This document shows, piece after piece, positions 36,801 to 51,800 of a DNA stretch of 64,000 nt. The translations under genes were made by a program, and so were the position numbers. The DNA comes from Tubiluchus corallicola (lineage: Eukaryota > Animalia > Priapulida). Location: assembly GCA_030141605.1 (NCBI GenBank), contig JAQGDQ010000744.1, positions 1 to 64,000 on the forward strand, given 5' to 3'. How positions within the stretch are numbered: the first letter of the stretch is position 1; every line of letters starts with the position of its first letter. Under the pieces are notes generated by a model that was not told where the DNA came from, ran no database searches, and saw only the letters and a program-made list of their open reading frames with translations.

Positions 36801-39800
36801 CAAAATGCAGTAAACTCTTACGGTGGTGAAGGAGTTAAAAGGTAGTTTATTAATGTGCAAAAGAAAAAAATTTAAGAAGCTTTGAAATTAATGGACTTTC
36901 TAGGTTGCACTAAATTAGGACTGAAAATGTGCTGCCCGTGCACATTACTTGTTTTCAAAAAAAATAGAGGACTTGTTAGCTTCCTGGATGCGTTCAAATG
37001 TGACAGGGTCACCAGTCACACTACTGCTTAATCCTTCAGATGCACAGAAGCTGCAAACAGCTGCAATTACAGCATCACATACATTACATCGTTGCCCCTA
37101 AAGGGCAGAACAGCATACCTAGTTGTTCACCTAAATAGCAGTGTTTGATGATTAGCCAAAAGAGATGCTCAGGTAGACCTGCTAAGTTAACCTAAATTTG
37201 TCTGAAAATTTAAGCAAAAAAATGGACTTACTAGATTTATAAATTGTCGCATAATAACCTTTGCATCATCAAATTATTTGGTAAGATACAGCATAGGACT
37301 AAGAATGCTCTAATACCAATAACTCGGTTTTGCCTAAGATGGATTCACTAGACTTTTCGTGAAAATGGGAGATACTTCCAGCAGTTATTTTAGTATAATC
37401 TCTTATTAAATTACATAATACTGAATGGTATTAATTATGATTGTGACTCAATTAGCATGTTTCTACTGAACTGTTTCTTCTGGAACACCCTGTAGATAAT
37501 AGATTAATGATTAACCGAAAAAGTCACAACTGACCAGGATTCTAAAAAAGTGAAACTTAATTTGACCAACAAACCATTTATTTCAAGCACAGGTTACTCC
37601 AACAGAATAAGAATTACAATTTGTTTTGCTTTCAATGCAGACAAGAATTCCTTCGTAAATGACAGAATGCCAAAAGACTAATAGTCTACCATCCTATACA
37701 GTACAGTGCACCAAATAATTTTTTGCAATAAATTTATGAGCCATCAGTACAAGCTGCATAGGAACTGAACAATTCAATTTATTCAACAATCGCTTCACTC
37801 CACACAGAGCACTGTCAATGTTGATGAAAATTAGTATCCCGATTAGCATTGTATGTTTACTTTTAAGATACCAATTTTTGTCAACACTGACAATGTTCTT
37901 CAGAAACAATGGCAGCTCGTGCATGGGTACTGTATGCTTGGAAAGGTAGTTTACAGCATAGAAAAAAAACTTTGTAAATGTGGTAAAGATATTGCAGAAC
38001 ACATAATATTAAGTTGTGAATTTTACACACAGATGAGAAACAAAGTCCCTTGGCAAGGAGTAACTGATGAAAAATGCTTGAGATAGCTGTTATTTGGAGA
38101 GGGAAAAATTTGTGCAGTCTGCCTACTGAAGGACATAATGGTTAAAAGAAGGAGCATTGAAAACTCACTTTCATTCATTATTATTGATAATATTCAATAT
38201 AATAGCCTTTTTCTTTAGTTCTTTCTTTATATTTGTGCGGAACCGGAGCACGTGAGAGAAGTAGAATTTGCTTCACAGCCCAAGCAACGTGGTGTTTGGC
38301 TGCTCTACGCATGAGGCCATGCGCACGTCTGAGATAAGACACTGTACTTTAGGTAGAAAGAGTACTGTCGCTCACTGCAGTACGTGTTGTCAGTTGTCAT
38401 GAGCTTAAAGCCGTGTATTGGCATATTCTTGAACTGCGACAATTTAGGCTGTTCATAAGAAAATGATATTTATTGATTATGAGTTTATCAAGGTTATGTA
38501 TAAATTAGTTTGTTTGTTTAAAATCACAATTACAACATTATAATTACATATGTTTGTTTTGTTTTACACAGTATTAAAACAATGGCTAAAAATTTGTTTA
38601 TTTTGCAGCACCCCCACTAATTTTAGCGACGAGCCGCCACTGTTGATGAAGCAAAACCTTTGTCAAATCAAGAAAGAATCTTATAAGCCCAGAATTATTA
38701 GATGATAATAAAATCTTAAGATCATCAATTGGATTGTAAATTATATTATATACCTATTTCACAGTTTATACCAGAAAACCCAGGAATGCAAGTGCAGGTA
38801 TAACTGTTCAAACTGTCAACACAAGTAGCACCATTCTGACATGGATTAAGCGAACACAGATCAGTTATTCCGCAGTTTTCTCCTGAATACCCCAACGGAC
38901 AAACACACTCGTAACTTTGTCCACGTGAAACACATGTGCCATCATTCAAACAAGGATTAGGAAAACAGGAAACAGAGAGTTCGCAATTCCTTCCTGTGTA
39001 GCCAGAATCGCAGATGCAAAAATAACTGATCGAGTCTTCTTGGCAAGTTGCCTTATTCTGACATGGAGCAGAATGGCAAAGTCGCTTTCGTTCACAGCTG
39101 TAACCATATAATAATGGCGGACAACTGCATTCATAGTGATTGATAAGGTCGGTGCAAGTGCCTCCATTCTGACATGGTGAACTATCGCACTCATCAATTT
39201 CTGAAAGACATCAGGTGCAAAATAATACAGCAATGTTCTCGATCTGGACTTACATGGTGTTTTAGAAAAAACAGTTTTGCAAATACGTACTGATATGTAT
39301 GTAATGGAATATACAAAAACCAATTTATATAATAGGAAAAGTGGATTTATGCAAAAATAACATAATTATACTAATTTATTGACAAGTGCTATTCAAAGCA
39401 CCCGGCTTGATGGACTTATAGCTTTTTTCATAACATTCAGATCGTTTCCGTTTACATCTGCAAGTTAACAGCACATGTCTCCCAATTTCTAGAAAAGTGC
39501 ACTTCAGCAAGTTATGAGAAAGGCAGGAAATCCGTTTTTATTTGCCAGCAAGCAACAGTTTGATGAATTATCTAAAAATGTGGAACGAAAGCACTTTAAT
39601 TCCTTCGGGACCGCACCACTCAAAATAAGTCTCATAAGACTTATGACTTTTCTGCTACTGTACGATCACACAAACCTAGCAAAATGATTACAAATCAGGT
39701 ACTGTTCTACTCAGGAGCATCTCGGCTGTAGTGTAAGCCATAGCCAAAATCAGAGAACCATAGATAACCATTGTTCACTATTTACTAGGATTGACTTGAC

Positions 39801-42800
39801 AGTGGTGTGATGTTGTGCACGCCTGAGCAGGACAATGGACATAGCAACCTATTATATGGAACTGTAGATAAACACTTTTCTAAAAATGTACAATAAATTA
39901 ATCTAGTTTAAACTTTATTTAATGTGTACATTGTATACAAGAGATCAGCTATCTCGATATTTGTTTAAGCATTTATAGGTGGTTTAATTGAATAAAATTA
40001 AGAGCACATGCTCTTTTAAGGCACTCCAACTTGTACACACTACTTTATCGAGGACCTGTTTGAAACAGACCAAGAGAACTGTCTGCTGGTCCAGGAAAAG
40101 CCAATCGATCAGCCAAGAACAAATTAAGGTCGTCTCACCTTTTAACAGGAATTTCAGCTTAAAGATAGAGTAGACTTGACACAAAAATTGCATCACCGCG
40201 TTGTGTCTGTATAGTTGAAATTTCTGCATTAGTGGATTTCATACAAGTTACATTGTTACGGTGCAAGCACCGCAGCTACTGAGTTTTTTTTGAATTTTTT
40301 CAACAAAAATCGATTTTTAACTTGTCTAAGGTAAGCAAAGGCAATTCATATATAATTTCGCATGAAAGCCCAATGTGTGCGGAGTAAAAACCTGCAAAAA
40401 TTATCAAATATAATGTAATCATTGCTTAGTGAAAGGAGTTTTTCATAAAAATGCAGTAAACTCTTACGGTGGTGAAGGAGTTAAAAGGTAGTTTATTAAT
40501 GTGCAAAAGAAAAAAATTTAAAGAAGCTTTGAAATTAATGGACTTTCTAGGTTGCACTAAATTAGGACTGAAAATGTGCTGCCCGTGCACATTACTTGTT
40601 TTCAAAAAAAATAGAGGACTTGCTAGGTTCCTGGATGCGCTCAAATGTGACAGGGTCACCAGTCACACTACTGGTTAATCCTTCAGATGCACAGAAGCAG
40701 TGCAAACGGCTGCAATTACAGCATCACATATATTACATCATTGCCCCTAAAGGGCAGAACAGCATACCTAGTTGTTCACCTAAATAGCAGTGTTTGATGA
40801 TTAGCCAAAAGAGATGCTCAGGTAGACCTGCTAAGTTAACCTAAATTTGTCTGAAAATTTAAGCAAAAAAATGGACTTACTAGATTTTTAAATTGTCGCA
40901 TAATAACCTTTGCATCATCAAATCATTTGGTAAGATACAGCATAGGACTAAGAATGCTCTAATACCAATAACTCGGTTTTGCCTAAAATGGATTCACTAG
41001 ACTTTTCGTGAAAATGGTAGATACTTCCATCAGTTATTTTAGTATAATCTCTTATTAAATTACATAATACTGAATGGTATTAATTATGATTGTGACTCAA
41101 TTAGCATGTTTCTTCTGAACTGTTTCTTCTGGAACACCCTGTAGATAATAGATTAATGATTAACCGAAAAAGTCGCAACTGAACAGGATTCTAAAAAAGT
41201 GAAACTTAATTTGACCTACGAACCAATTATTTCAAGCACAGGTTACTCCAACAGAATAAGAATTACAATTTGTTTTGCTTTCAATGCAGACAAGAATTCC
41301 TTCGTAAATGACAGGATGTCAAAAGACCAATAGTCTACCATCCTATACAGTACAGTGCACCAAATAATTTTTTGCAATAAATTTATGAGCCATTAGTACA
41401 AGCTGCATAGGAACTGAACAATTCAATTTATTCAACAATCGTTTCACTCCACACAGAGCACTGTCAATGCTGATGAAAATTAGTATCCCGATTAGCATTG
41501 TATGTTTACTTTTAAGATACCAATTTTTGTCAACACTGACAATGTTCTTCAGAAACAATGGCGGCTCGTGCATAGGTACTGTATGCTTGGAAAGGTAGTT
41601 TACAGCATAGAAAAAAAACTTTGTAAATGTGGTAAAGATATTGCAGAACACATAATATTAAGTTGTGAATTTTACACACAGATGAGAAACAACGTCCCTT
41701 GGCAAGGAGTAACTGATGAAAAATGCTTGAGATAGCTGTTATTTGGAGAGGGAAAAATTTATGCAGTCTGCCTACCGAAGGACATAATGGTTAAAAGAAG
41801 AAGCATTGAAAACTCAGTTTCATTCATTATTATTGATAATATTCAATATAATAACCTTTTTCTTTAGTTCTTTCTTTATATTTGTGCGGAACTGGAGCAC
41901 GCGAGGGAAGTAAAATTTGCTTTACAGCACAAGTAATGTGGTGTTTGTTTGGCTGCTCTACGCATGAAGCCATGCGCAAGTCTGAGATAAGACACTGTAC
42001 TTTAGGTAGAAAGAGTACTGTCGCTCACTGCAGTACGTGTTGTCAGTTGTCATGAGCTTAAAGCCGTATATTGGCATATTCTTGAACTGCGACAATTTAG
42101 GCTGTTCATAAGAAAATGATATTTATTGATTATGAGTTTATCAAGGTTATGTATAAATTAGTTTGTTTGTTTAAAATCACAATTACAACATTATAATTAC
42201 ATATGTTTGTTTTGTTTTACACAGTATTAAAACAATGGCTAAAAAATTTTTTATTTTGCAGCACCCCCACTAATTTTAGCGACGAGCCGCCACTGTTGAT
42301 GAAGCAAAACCTTTGTCAAATCAAGAAAGAATCTTAAAAGCCCAGAATTATTAGATGATAATAAAATCTTAAGATCATCAATTGGATTGTAAATTATATT
42401 ATATACCTATTTCACAGTTTATACCAGAAAACCCAGGAATGCAAGTGCAGGTATAACTGTTCAAACTGTCAACACAAGAAGCACCATTCAGACATGGATT
42501 GGACTCACACGTATTGTCTGCAAAAACAAACTGCTTACTGAAGTGCATAACACAAATCACTGCAATGACTGTTCAGGTTATGACTTTTCATGCAAAGTAA
42601 AAATTGTCTGGCAGTTGTAAGCAAAAGTGTAAGTAAACTGTCGACAAGGCGACTTTAGAAAGAAAGCTAACTTTCTCAGCGGAGATAAAAGTGCAAATTA
42701 GTAAGGTCTAATAAATGTTTCTCCCTGACCATGAAAAAATCAAACGGTAAAAACAGTCACCAATCAGATTAGTAGCATGATGGCAAGACAGACAAGTTCG

Positions 42801-45800
42801 AACACTAACTCGTTAGAGGACATTTTATTTCTCTCCTTTGTTAAAGAAAATGTTTTAATTGTTACACTACATCATACTTTGAGTGGCATATGAGAAAATC
42901 AGATAATCATTATATTCCTGTTTCTGTCTTTATGGAAGCATGATAATAACACGCATAAAATGGTAACACTGTTTTCGAGATATCTTGTAGCACTGCTAGG
43001 AATCTTGAATCACATTCCTGAGCAATGTTAATGCACTTAGCTGTTCTTGTCACAGAAGATTACATCTAGCTTACCTTTCAAACCACATTATGAACAAAAA
43101 CAAAACACATTAAAGCACAAGAAAGCCCTCCACTTACATAAAGCTTAAAAAATTTGTCTTGAAATTTTATACCACTTGCCTTTTTGCATATTAGACTTGC
43201 GTCGGCAATAATGCTGTATTAAAAATGTAAATTTAAACTCACGCGATGAATGTTTGACGCAGCCGATTTGACGATAAGTCATTTGAAAAAAGTTTAGATA
43301 ACATTCTATAAAATTTGAAAAAATAATCAAGCATTCGTAGCCCACACATCACTAATTAACTGAAATTTAAAATTACTGTATTTTGTCAATAAAATTAAAA
43401 ATACATTTTTCGTTAGTAAGTGGTGCACCCTGGAGGGTGAGTCAATGACATTTTACCAATTGGCGAGAGCATTTTAAATAATTAATAATTTTCTTTTCTA
43501 GTTACATAAGGCTTTCAAGCAGGTAAGCAAAATGCTAAGTAATATCATTTTGCATGGAATGTTTTGGGACATAGTTTAACAGTTACTTTTCTTCTCCTGA
43601 TTTGCGTTGTGCGTAAATGATGTTATGTAATGGTGGATATTAATAGAATGGTCGGAATAGAGTCGCGGGAAGTTCAAAATGAAAACAAACAAAAATCCTT
43701 TCAACGCGAGTACGATATATGCATAAAATTGCTCTAAAGTAATTTAATTCCTTAAGGCAATTTTTCTGAAACCTACTTTAGGTACCACTTTTCTTGTCCT
43801 TTAAGTATACCTCACCTAGACATAGACTCGCTTGACCTTGCAATGAAGCCACTCCCATTGGCGCTGTGAGCTGCAGGTTATCCTCAGTGATGTTTAAAGA
43901 TTTAGTTTGCTTTTCTTGTTGCTGAACTAAAAGTATGTGAACAGTTTTTAACCAACTAGCAATTGCTAATCAAACTGTACTCAAGATACAATAATCGATA
44001 TAAATCCTCAAGATACTTTTCTTAATGTAAAATGTAAAATCTAAACAAAATAAAAATCAGTTTTCATATGTGCACAAAAATGCCCTCGAAACCACCTGTT
44101 CCATCTCAAAGTTTTCCTAGTACACTATTTGAAGCACTTTGTATGCAGCTTCAGTGAACACAAAAACTCATAGTCTTTCCCAGAGCTATTTCTATATGAC
44201 ATGTTTTACCAGTACCATTTTTGTCAAATGGTCACACCCGCAGGTTCAACTGAAACCGTAAATCTAGCTAGTGTCCACTTAAACTGAGGAATTATATACT
44301 TATTAATCAATTTTAAAGAGATGGGCAATAATTTAACACCGAATGTCCTGGAGATTTTGGTAAATATGTCTTGAGACCAGCAGAAGTCATCTGTACACAA
44401 GTCCCATGGCCGACACATTAAGCTTCGCATATTTGCTACATCTCCATATTAATCAAACCTTGTATAAATTCCAAGCTGACATATGCAGTTAGCGAAGTAA
44501 TGCAAAAGTGTAGTGTATCTCGAGTAGCATGAATTAACCTAGTTGTCTAGGTAGCATATAAATTGCCAAATTACAAAATGTTTTACGTACATTACCACGA
44601 GATTGATGCCATTTTATAACATTCTCGCAGGCGTATGCTAGATTTGAATCGTTCCGCTTACTCGCATAGAACGAACTATTTTAAAAAGGCAAAATTGCAA
44701 AATAATTTTTGAAAAAAATCTGACAAAATATGAATATATTTGACAAAACGTAAGCGGTTAATATGTCAATAGTTTTTACACAAAATTCAACAAAGATACT
44801 GATTTTCGCTTGTTAAAAGCTCTGTTGTACACACTTCTTATGACGATGTTGGATACAATTACTTATTAGCCATGCATCATGGGTGTACTGACAGCACAAC
44901 AACCAAAAAATAAAAACAGTGCCATGTGGGAGATATTTGGGAATTTAAGTGGAAATTGGGCAGAAAATTCCCAGATATGTGTATAAGGCAAAATATGCTA
45001 TATAATGTTGTCAAATTAATAATAAATAATAATAATAATAACTAATACAAACATAATTTTGTATAGGATTCTCCAAGGATTGTGGGAACAGGCAGCCTGT
45101 CTCGATTTTCAGTAGAAAAAATTGCAAAATGTGAGCCAATGAACAATTTGCCAAGTTAAATGCATTGACTATATTGATACAAAACCGCTAGTGTGAATAC
45201 GAAACATACAGGCTTCACTGCTACTCCCATCAAAAAATCTAGTGGTAGTAAAACTGATGTCTTTCACTGCTCCAACAAAGTTTTGTGAAGGCACAAATTT
45301 GCCGCCCAGACTTTGCTGATACTGTCCAAAAACCAGTTGACCAAAACCAACTATTGGCTGAAGCATCTTGCCTGGCAAACCCGCTAGAAAATCCAAAACA
45401 CAGAAGTAAGAAAACTGGACAACAAATTTGGTTACAGACACGCGTTTAGTCAACCGAATATTCAGCAATATTCAAACATTCCAAGTTGTACTAGTTGGTC
45501 TACAATCTCGACTTGTTTGATGTTTTTACCCGTTTTTCTGTATGGTGCAATCCAAAATCCTGCACTCCATGACTAACGTTGATTAGTATGGCTGGACAGT
45601 GGACCCCAGGCCATCATCACAGCTAAACTTCTGATGAAATAGAGGACTGACAGAAGTATCTTAGCTGAAGTATATTCAGGTGAGTACACCTCCATCAATG
45701 AGAAAAATAACTGAAGGCAATATGGCTCCCAAACCTTATTTTCTTAGTAGTCACCCATGCATATACCAGCTAGACCCAAATAATCGCTTACCTTCAGTCA

Positions 45801-48800
45801 CTAACCACACACGTTGTAATTATTCGCCCATGTTTCTCACCCAAAAAAGTTTACGCCTATAATTTAGCGGAAAAACAGTACTTCTGTTGGCTTTGGCATG
45901 ATGCATCATTGCGATCACGGTAAAACGTTACAAGAAAAACTGTGGCAAACAGTAACAAGTTTGATGAGTAAAAGTCTAGACTCCAAACCGTGTTGTTAGT
46001 TGGAAAAAACTACAACATGGGTTTTGATGTCAGGGATCCTATCAATTATTATTACTAAAACTCAATACAGAAATTGTTAATAAAAGCACTAATTATTGTA
46101 ACGCAAACACGAAAACAATTCAAAAAAGATTCTCTAAAGCAAACCGAAAATGTATCTGTTTTTATGAAAATGACAATTTACATCTGGGCACAGTATGAGA
46201 CTAATATCAGTAATGTATAGCACTAATGACTGTAATATAATGACAGTTTTTTACAAAGCTAAAAAATAACAAAATGATTTTTCAATTTTTCAAGGCACAG
46301 CACTGTTTAAAAGATTAAGGAAAATACCAACAAAGTTCTCCCTATGATTTTGACATAATGAAATGCACACGAGTTGGAAGGACATTAATCAGAAATGGTG
46401 ATGATTAGCAACAGGCGGACAGCTCACTTGGTATACTCTCATGCGGAAATCAAAAATGTTATTATTTTATGAAGCACCATAATATTATAGATAATGTTGT
46501 TATAATTATAAAAGATGTTGTTATTTGCAAAAATGTAAAAAAGAGGTTTTAGCCAAGAAGTTAAAACAAAATTAAGTTTGTATTTAATTTTAGAAAACCT
46601 GAACATGAATTTATTGAAGAATTGAATAGAAATGGTTAAAATGGAGTATAAAATTCAAATTGAACATCAAGACAACCTAAAACGATACCTATCAAGATTC
46701 CGTCAACCGACACAGTCAAAGTCGTGGCAATGCGGGTTAAACACAGGTTGTGAAAATTCCCATCCAAAACTGAAGGGTTGCATCTTCTTGGCCATCTTGG
46801 TACACCTGGTTTAGGAGGTCCCACTCTGCATTCTTGATTAAACAGTGCACTGTAAATGAATCACATGCAGTTCATGTGAAAAACTCAGACAACAACTTCT
46901 ATGCAGCACTAAGAGCGACAACAGTTAGTGGACAATTTTAATTTTCTACTATCGATCAATTTGCGAGCTACTGCTATGTATCAGAGGAGCACTATAGCTT
47001 TAACAAAAGTAACTGTTACGGCAATACATGGTGTGATTCCCCATAGAAAATCTTTTTAAAAGGCTTTCTTTAAAGAATATACATTTGGCTCTACTACGGC
47101 AACAGCGACAAAAAATTATATCTGCAACCTGTTATATATCTTCATCTACTGCAAAGCAAAAATGGACTGAGGTTACCTAAATGAATTTCAAGTCCATTCA
47201 GTTTGACCAAGGAAAAATAGGTCACAAGTTTTCGGGTCAGTGCATTGATCATACTCCCACGACTGCAGGATGTATGAGATGCGCGATGCCTCCTTGAAGA
47301 CATGATGGATTCTCTATTGTTCTGTACTGTTACTCGTTGAATTCTGGCCTCCTTAGCAAAATGTTATATATGAAATCATCGGGCCTGGAAATTCCAAAAA
47401 GTGGGAAACAGTGCCAAAGAAAAGACTTACCTTTTCACATAATTCTCTTCAACCCAATAACCTTTATAATTCTGTGTTATGAGACTCAATTCATTTAAAC
47501 CTTCCTTGGTTCCAGTTGTATAAGAAAGCAGGGTAAATTTCCTCGGAACATCCGGGTCTATTTCTGCTGGTTTAATCCACTTAAAAAGCAATCATATTAA
47601 ACAAAGTTAGGTCACAAAATAATCAATAACATGCCATCAGGCACTTTTTCAAAAATTTGAATACCTACCTATAACAATTTTGTTAGACAAATATACCTAC
47701 TACATATATATATATATATATTTATTTATTTAGCTGACAGAGATAAGCACTTTAGTCTCGAATTTTTTCTTAAAAAACAGAGCAGGAGGGAAAACAGTAG
47801 TATGGAGAGTTAAAGTACTGAAGTAAAAAAAGAGCAAAACAGTCACTCAGAAATCAAAATAACACATCACAAGCAATTAACACACCTTAAACACAGTACA
47901 AATACTTAGTTAACTTTCAATTTAAACTTTTAAACAAGTGATCTTGGAGAACAACACAATTTGGTTTAATCGTATGTGACGTTGAGAAAAAACGTGTTTA
48001 AGTGTTTAACGAGAGATTTCAGGGCTGCGTTGAGAAAAGACTTCCAGCATTAAAGGAAAGGATAAGTAACTTAGTATGTTGGATTTACTTTACTGTTATA
48101 ACTAAAAGTTGCAAGAACTGCCTGCAAAGTATAAAGTTAGTTTATACTAATGCTATATAAGAATTTCCAGTGCAGTGATAGTCACCATTCACTTGAAAAT
48201 TGTAACGTAACTGGTGGACTTCGGGGATTTTTCGTAAGTGTGCATCAGGGCTTTATGTAAGCGTGCACAGCTTAAATTAATTCAAATTGCTGTAGCTCAA
48301 ACTAATGTTCAAACAAACCTATCACAACATTAGCTATCTAACTTTTTTTATATAAAGTTAATACACTTTTGACAGTGCACTGCTTTATTTCAGTGGATGG
48401 ACAACATCATTGGTGGAAGAATGGGCATTCAAAATGGGAGCACTGAAACGTGAAATTATTGCGAGTTTAAAGTGATCTAACTAATTACACGAAATGCCTA
48501 TCACGCTTTTATTATTAAATCCCAACATTTTTTGCATTCATTAAAATAAGCCTAACTTCCCAGAAGGCCGTAGCATTTCCTTTAAAATGCTCAACAGAAA
48601 CTACTTGCATGAAAACACATACCATGCATGCTGTAAAGTCCATTATTGTCTGCCTAATTGGCTGCTTAACATACTTGAGATGTACAGTGTCGGTGTTATT
48701 TGGAAATGTAACTTCCACTCCATTAACGCTCTCACAAGTAGCAGGTTCACCTAAAAATTGTGCACGTACACAATAAGCTAACAAACTGCTTTTGTTTCAC

Positions 48801-51800
48801 TTGAACAAGCAACACGAGAAATTGTTTCTTCTAAAAACAGCCACAACTACGTAAGCTAAAACATTTGTGGTGCAGGATGTACGGTAATGTGCTGTTTAAG
48901 AGCAGTAGAAAGGGTACCAGAGTGCGGGATGCATAATATGAGGCAAAGACAAAGCACGAACAATGTCGACTTAACAATCGAAGTTAAGCAATACTAAGTT
49001 TGATCAGTAAATGAATGAGACAATCCAGAAAACTGGTTCTAGTCAGTTTCATGGCCATTCTGTCTTCTGTCGTTCGTTTTATTGAAAAAGGAAGAAAGCA
49101 CATCTCATTATAGAGCAGGTACAGTAGGCACCGCTTAATAGACACACAGTTAATAGACTCAATCGCTTAACTGACTGAAAACCGCCTGGAACAGGCCGCT
49201 TCTATTCACATACACATAGCAACTATAAGTAATTGACTCAAATAACTCTGCAAAAGTGACTCAATATTTTTCCTTCACCTACTTAGAATAAGATATTTGT
49301 ATGTGCCAAAAGAGCCTTTCCTACTTTTATGTCATCTTTACTTCCCTTTTGCGCACTATGTATGCAGAAACAATCATGTTAAGTACCATTTTGTTTATAA
49401 GCAGGTACGTTTATCATGCACTAATACACTAGCGCAGTGGTTTTGCTTTGAATTGTTACCTGCGCGCCCACTGTTACCCAAAGAATTTCTAGAAGCTAAA
49501 CATTTAATCACTTGCCTATCCTAAGATGCTCTCGTTGCAAACCACGCTTTCAGGCTTAATGAGTTAACAGTCAAAGATGCAGGCACAGTATTTAGTCACA
49601 CTCAACAACAGATTTTCAACGTTTTTATAATTATGAGAACTTTGAGGGCCAACTTCTTCGCGAGAAAATGAAGCAATCGACTTTGAAGGATTTTTTGTAA
49701 TTTATGTAAATAAACAAATAAGTTTGTGATTTAGAAAAGTATAGTTTTTAATTTATTGCTAATTCACTTATATAAATTAATATTTTAAAATATTTTTCCT
49801 AATTTTTAACTGCACAAAGGAATAATGCTTATTTAAGCATTACTTAGTTTCTAAAATTCATTAAAAACCTTTGCAGTGCATAGTAAGATGGTGACTCATA
49901 CATATAACTGTAATACTACACCCATCGGTTAATAGGTTCAGTCGGTTAATTGGGTCAAAACACGTCAGTCCCAAAGTGAGTCTATTAAGCGGCGCCTACT
50001 GTACCCGGAAACAATAGGAGCTGAAGACGCCCATAAGCAGTTTTTCCCTGTGATCACTAATCCATTTACCAGGTAAGCTCAATGTTGCATAGCTTTGGTT
50101 GCCAAGCAAATGTTGTGACCACTCGACTATTTCCCTGTAAGATTAAAACTTAAATAGCAATTAAGAGTACAAATCCATAAAATAGTCCATAAAATAAGAC
50201 CACATTAATTTCTTTATTATTGAGTAAGTAAGTTACTATAATAAGTAAGTTACTTATTCAATAATGAAAAATAGCAGATTTCTTCTTTGTAAATCGCAAA
50301 TTATCATTATTTAAATGGTGAAATAAACCAATATTTTTTAAGTTATCGAATCCAGGTATAGTTAAAAATGACATATCAGAAATTAAAATCAAACCTGCCA
50401 TTTTGAACCAGGACGTTTAATACTGAGTAATAAGTTTTATACTTCATACTGATAACTAGATCATTCAACTCTTGGTTTTGCCAGTTTTCATTCAGCCAAA
50501 ATAGGTTTTGATTCAATTTTATTAGGTTGCCAGTCATTCCAACAAATAATTTCACGTACAAACTTACTTGTGCCACAGTAATTTCAAATAATGAAACTAA
50601 TGTTTTTATAATAAATAAACTAAATGAATGATTAACAACCCAAGAAGCCACAAGCTTTTTCTCTATAATTATATTGTAGAAAAAGGGGTTCTATTTTATA
50701 AATACGTTGTTGTCAACACCTGATGATGACTTCCATTACCTTACCTTAGGCTTAGACCTTAGTCCTTCCTGCGCATTGATGCACATTGGGCAGACAGCAT
50801 TTTCCACTGAGTTCTATCGGCGGCTTCGTTCTCTACGTTTTCCCAACATCTGTTGACAGCTCGAAGGTCTTCTTTGAAGGATCTGCGCCACGTTGTTTTT
50901 GGCCGACCTCTTTTTCGTTTCCCACCAGGTGGTTCCCACTGTACTGCTGTTTTGGCGTAGCGACTTTCTGATAGACGGAGAATATGTCCAGCCAGTTTCA
51001 TTCTTCTCTCTGTAACTATATCTTGTAACCGCAATGACTGCGCTCGTTGAAGAACTTCTACATTGGTGACATGATCGCGGTAGGAGATTTTTAGTATCTT
51101 TCGAAGGCATTTTTGGTGGAAGACGTTCAGTTTCTTTGATAACTCCGCTGTGACTTTCCAGGTTTCGCTGGCATAGAGAGCCGTTGGCAGCACAATGGCG
51201 TTGTACAGACGAAGTTTGATTTTCATGTCAATTTTCTTGCTTGTCCAGATTTTTCCCATCTTCCTAAATACTGCTGTTGCTTTGCCGATTCTCCCCCTGA
51301 TGTCATTTTCTGTACCTCCATTACAGGTCATCACACTGCCCAGATATGAAAAACTGGTAACGTTCTTAACCATTTGGCCTCCCACTGTTATATGTACATC
51401 ATTCTGTTGGTTTGTCCACACTTTCAAAACTTTGGTCTTTTCTTGACTAATTCTTAATCCAATTTTTCCCGCTACTTCTTCCATACTTGTGGTCAGTTGT
51501 TGCAGGCTTTCTTTTGATGTTTCCAGAAGAGCTATATCGTCAGCAAAGTCCAGATCTGCCAATCGTTGTTGTTGTTTCCATTGCATTCCTAGATCTTTAC
51601 CATCAACCGCCTTGTTCATGATGAAATCAATCGTCAGTAGGAACAGGAATGGCGACATAATGCAACCCTGCTTAACTCCAGTTTCGATGGTGAGATACTC
51701 GGTGTTTCCCTCTTGTGTTCTTATACAACAGCCGCTGTTTTGGTAAAAGTTCTGGATGGTTGAAATAAATTTCTGTGGGATACCATACAGAGAAGCAATT

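Larger units (their letters stand above)
36045..42485. repeat. Recent intragenic tandem duplication (about 36045-38830 vs 38830-42485)
   Basis: Near-identical intron and exon sequence; the left copy lacks about 39220-39555 and 39770-40295. Confidence 0.92.

Noticed and set aside
35635-42517. Notch, Crumbs or fibropellin ortholog
   Set aside because: The EGFs are generic; no LNR/ankyrin, CUB or avidin domains, and the tail lacks Notch or Crumbs motifs.
47334-47384. Possible 51-nt phase 2-2 mini-exon in pentraxin-2
   Set aside because: Needs a 46-nt intron and a weak donor, and the other pentraxin copies have no equivalent; left out of the model.
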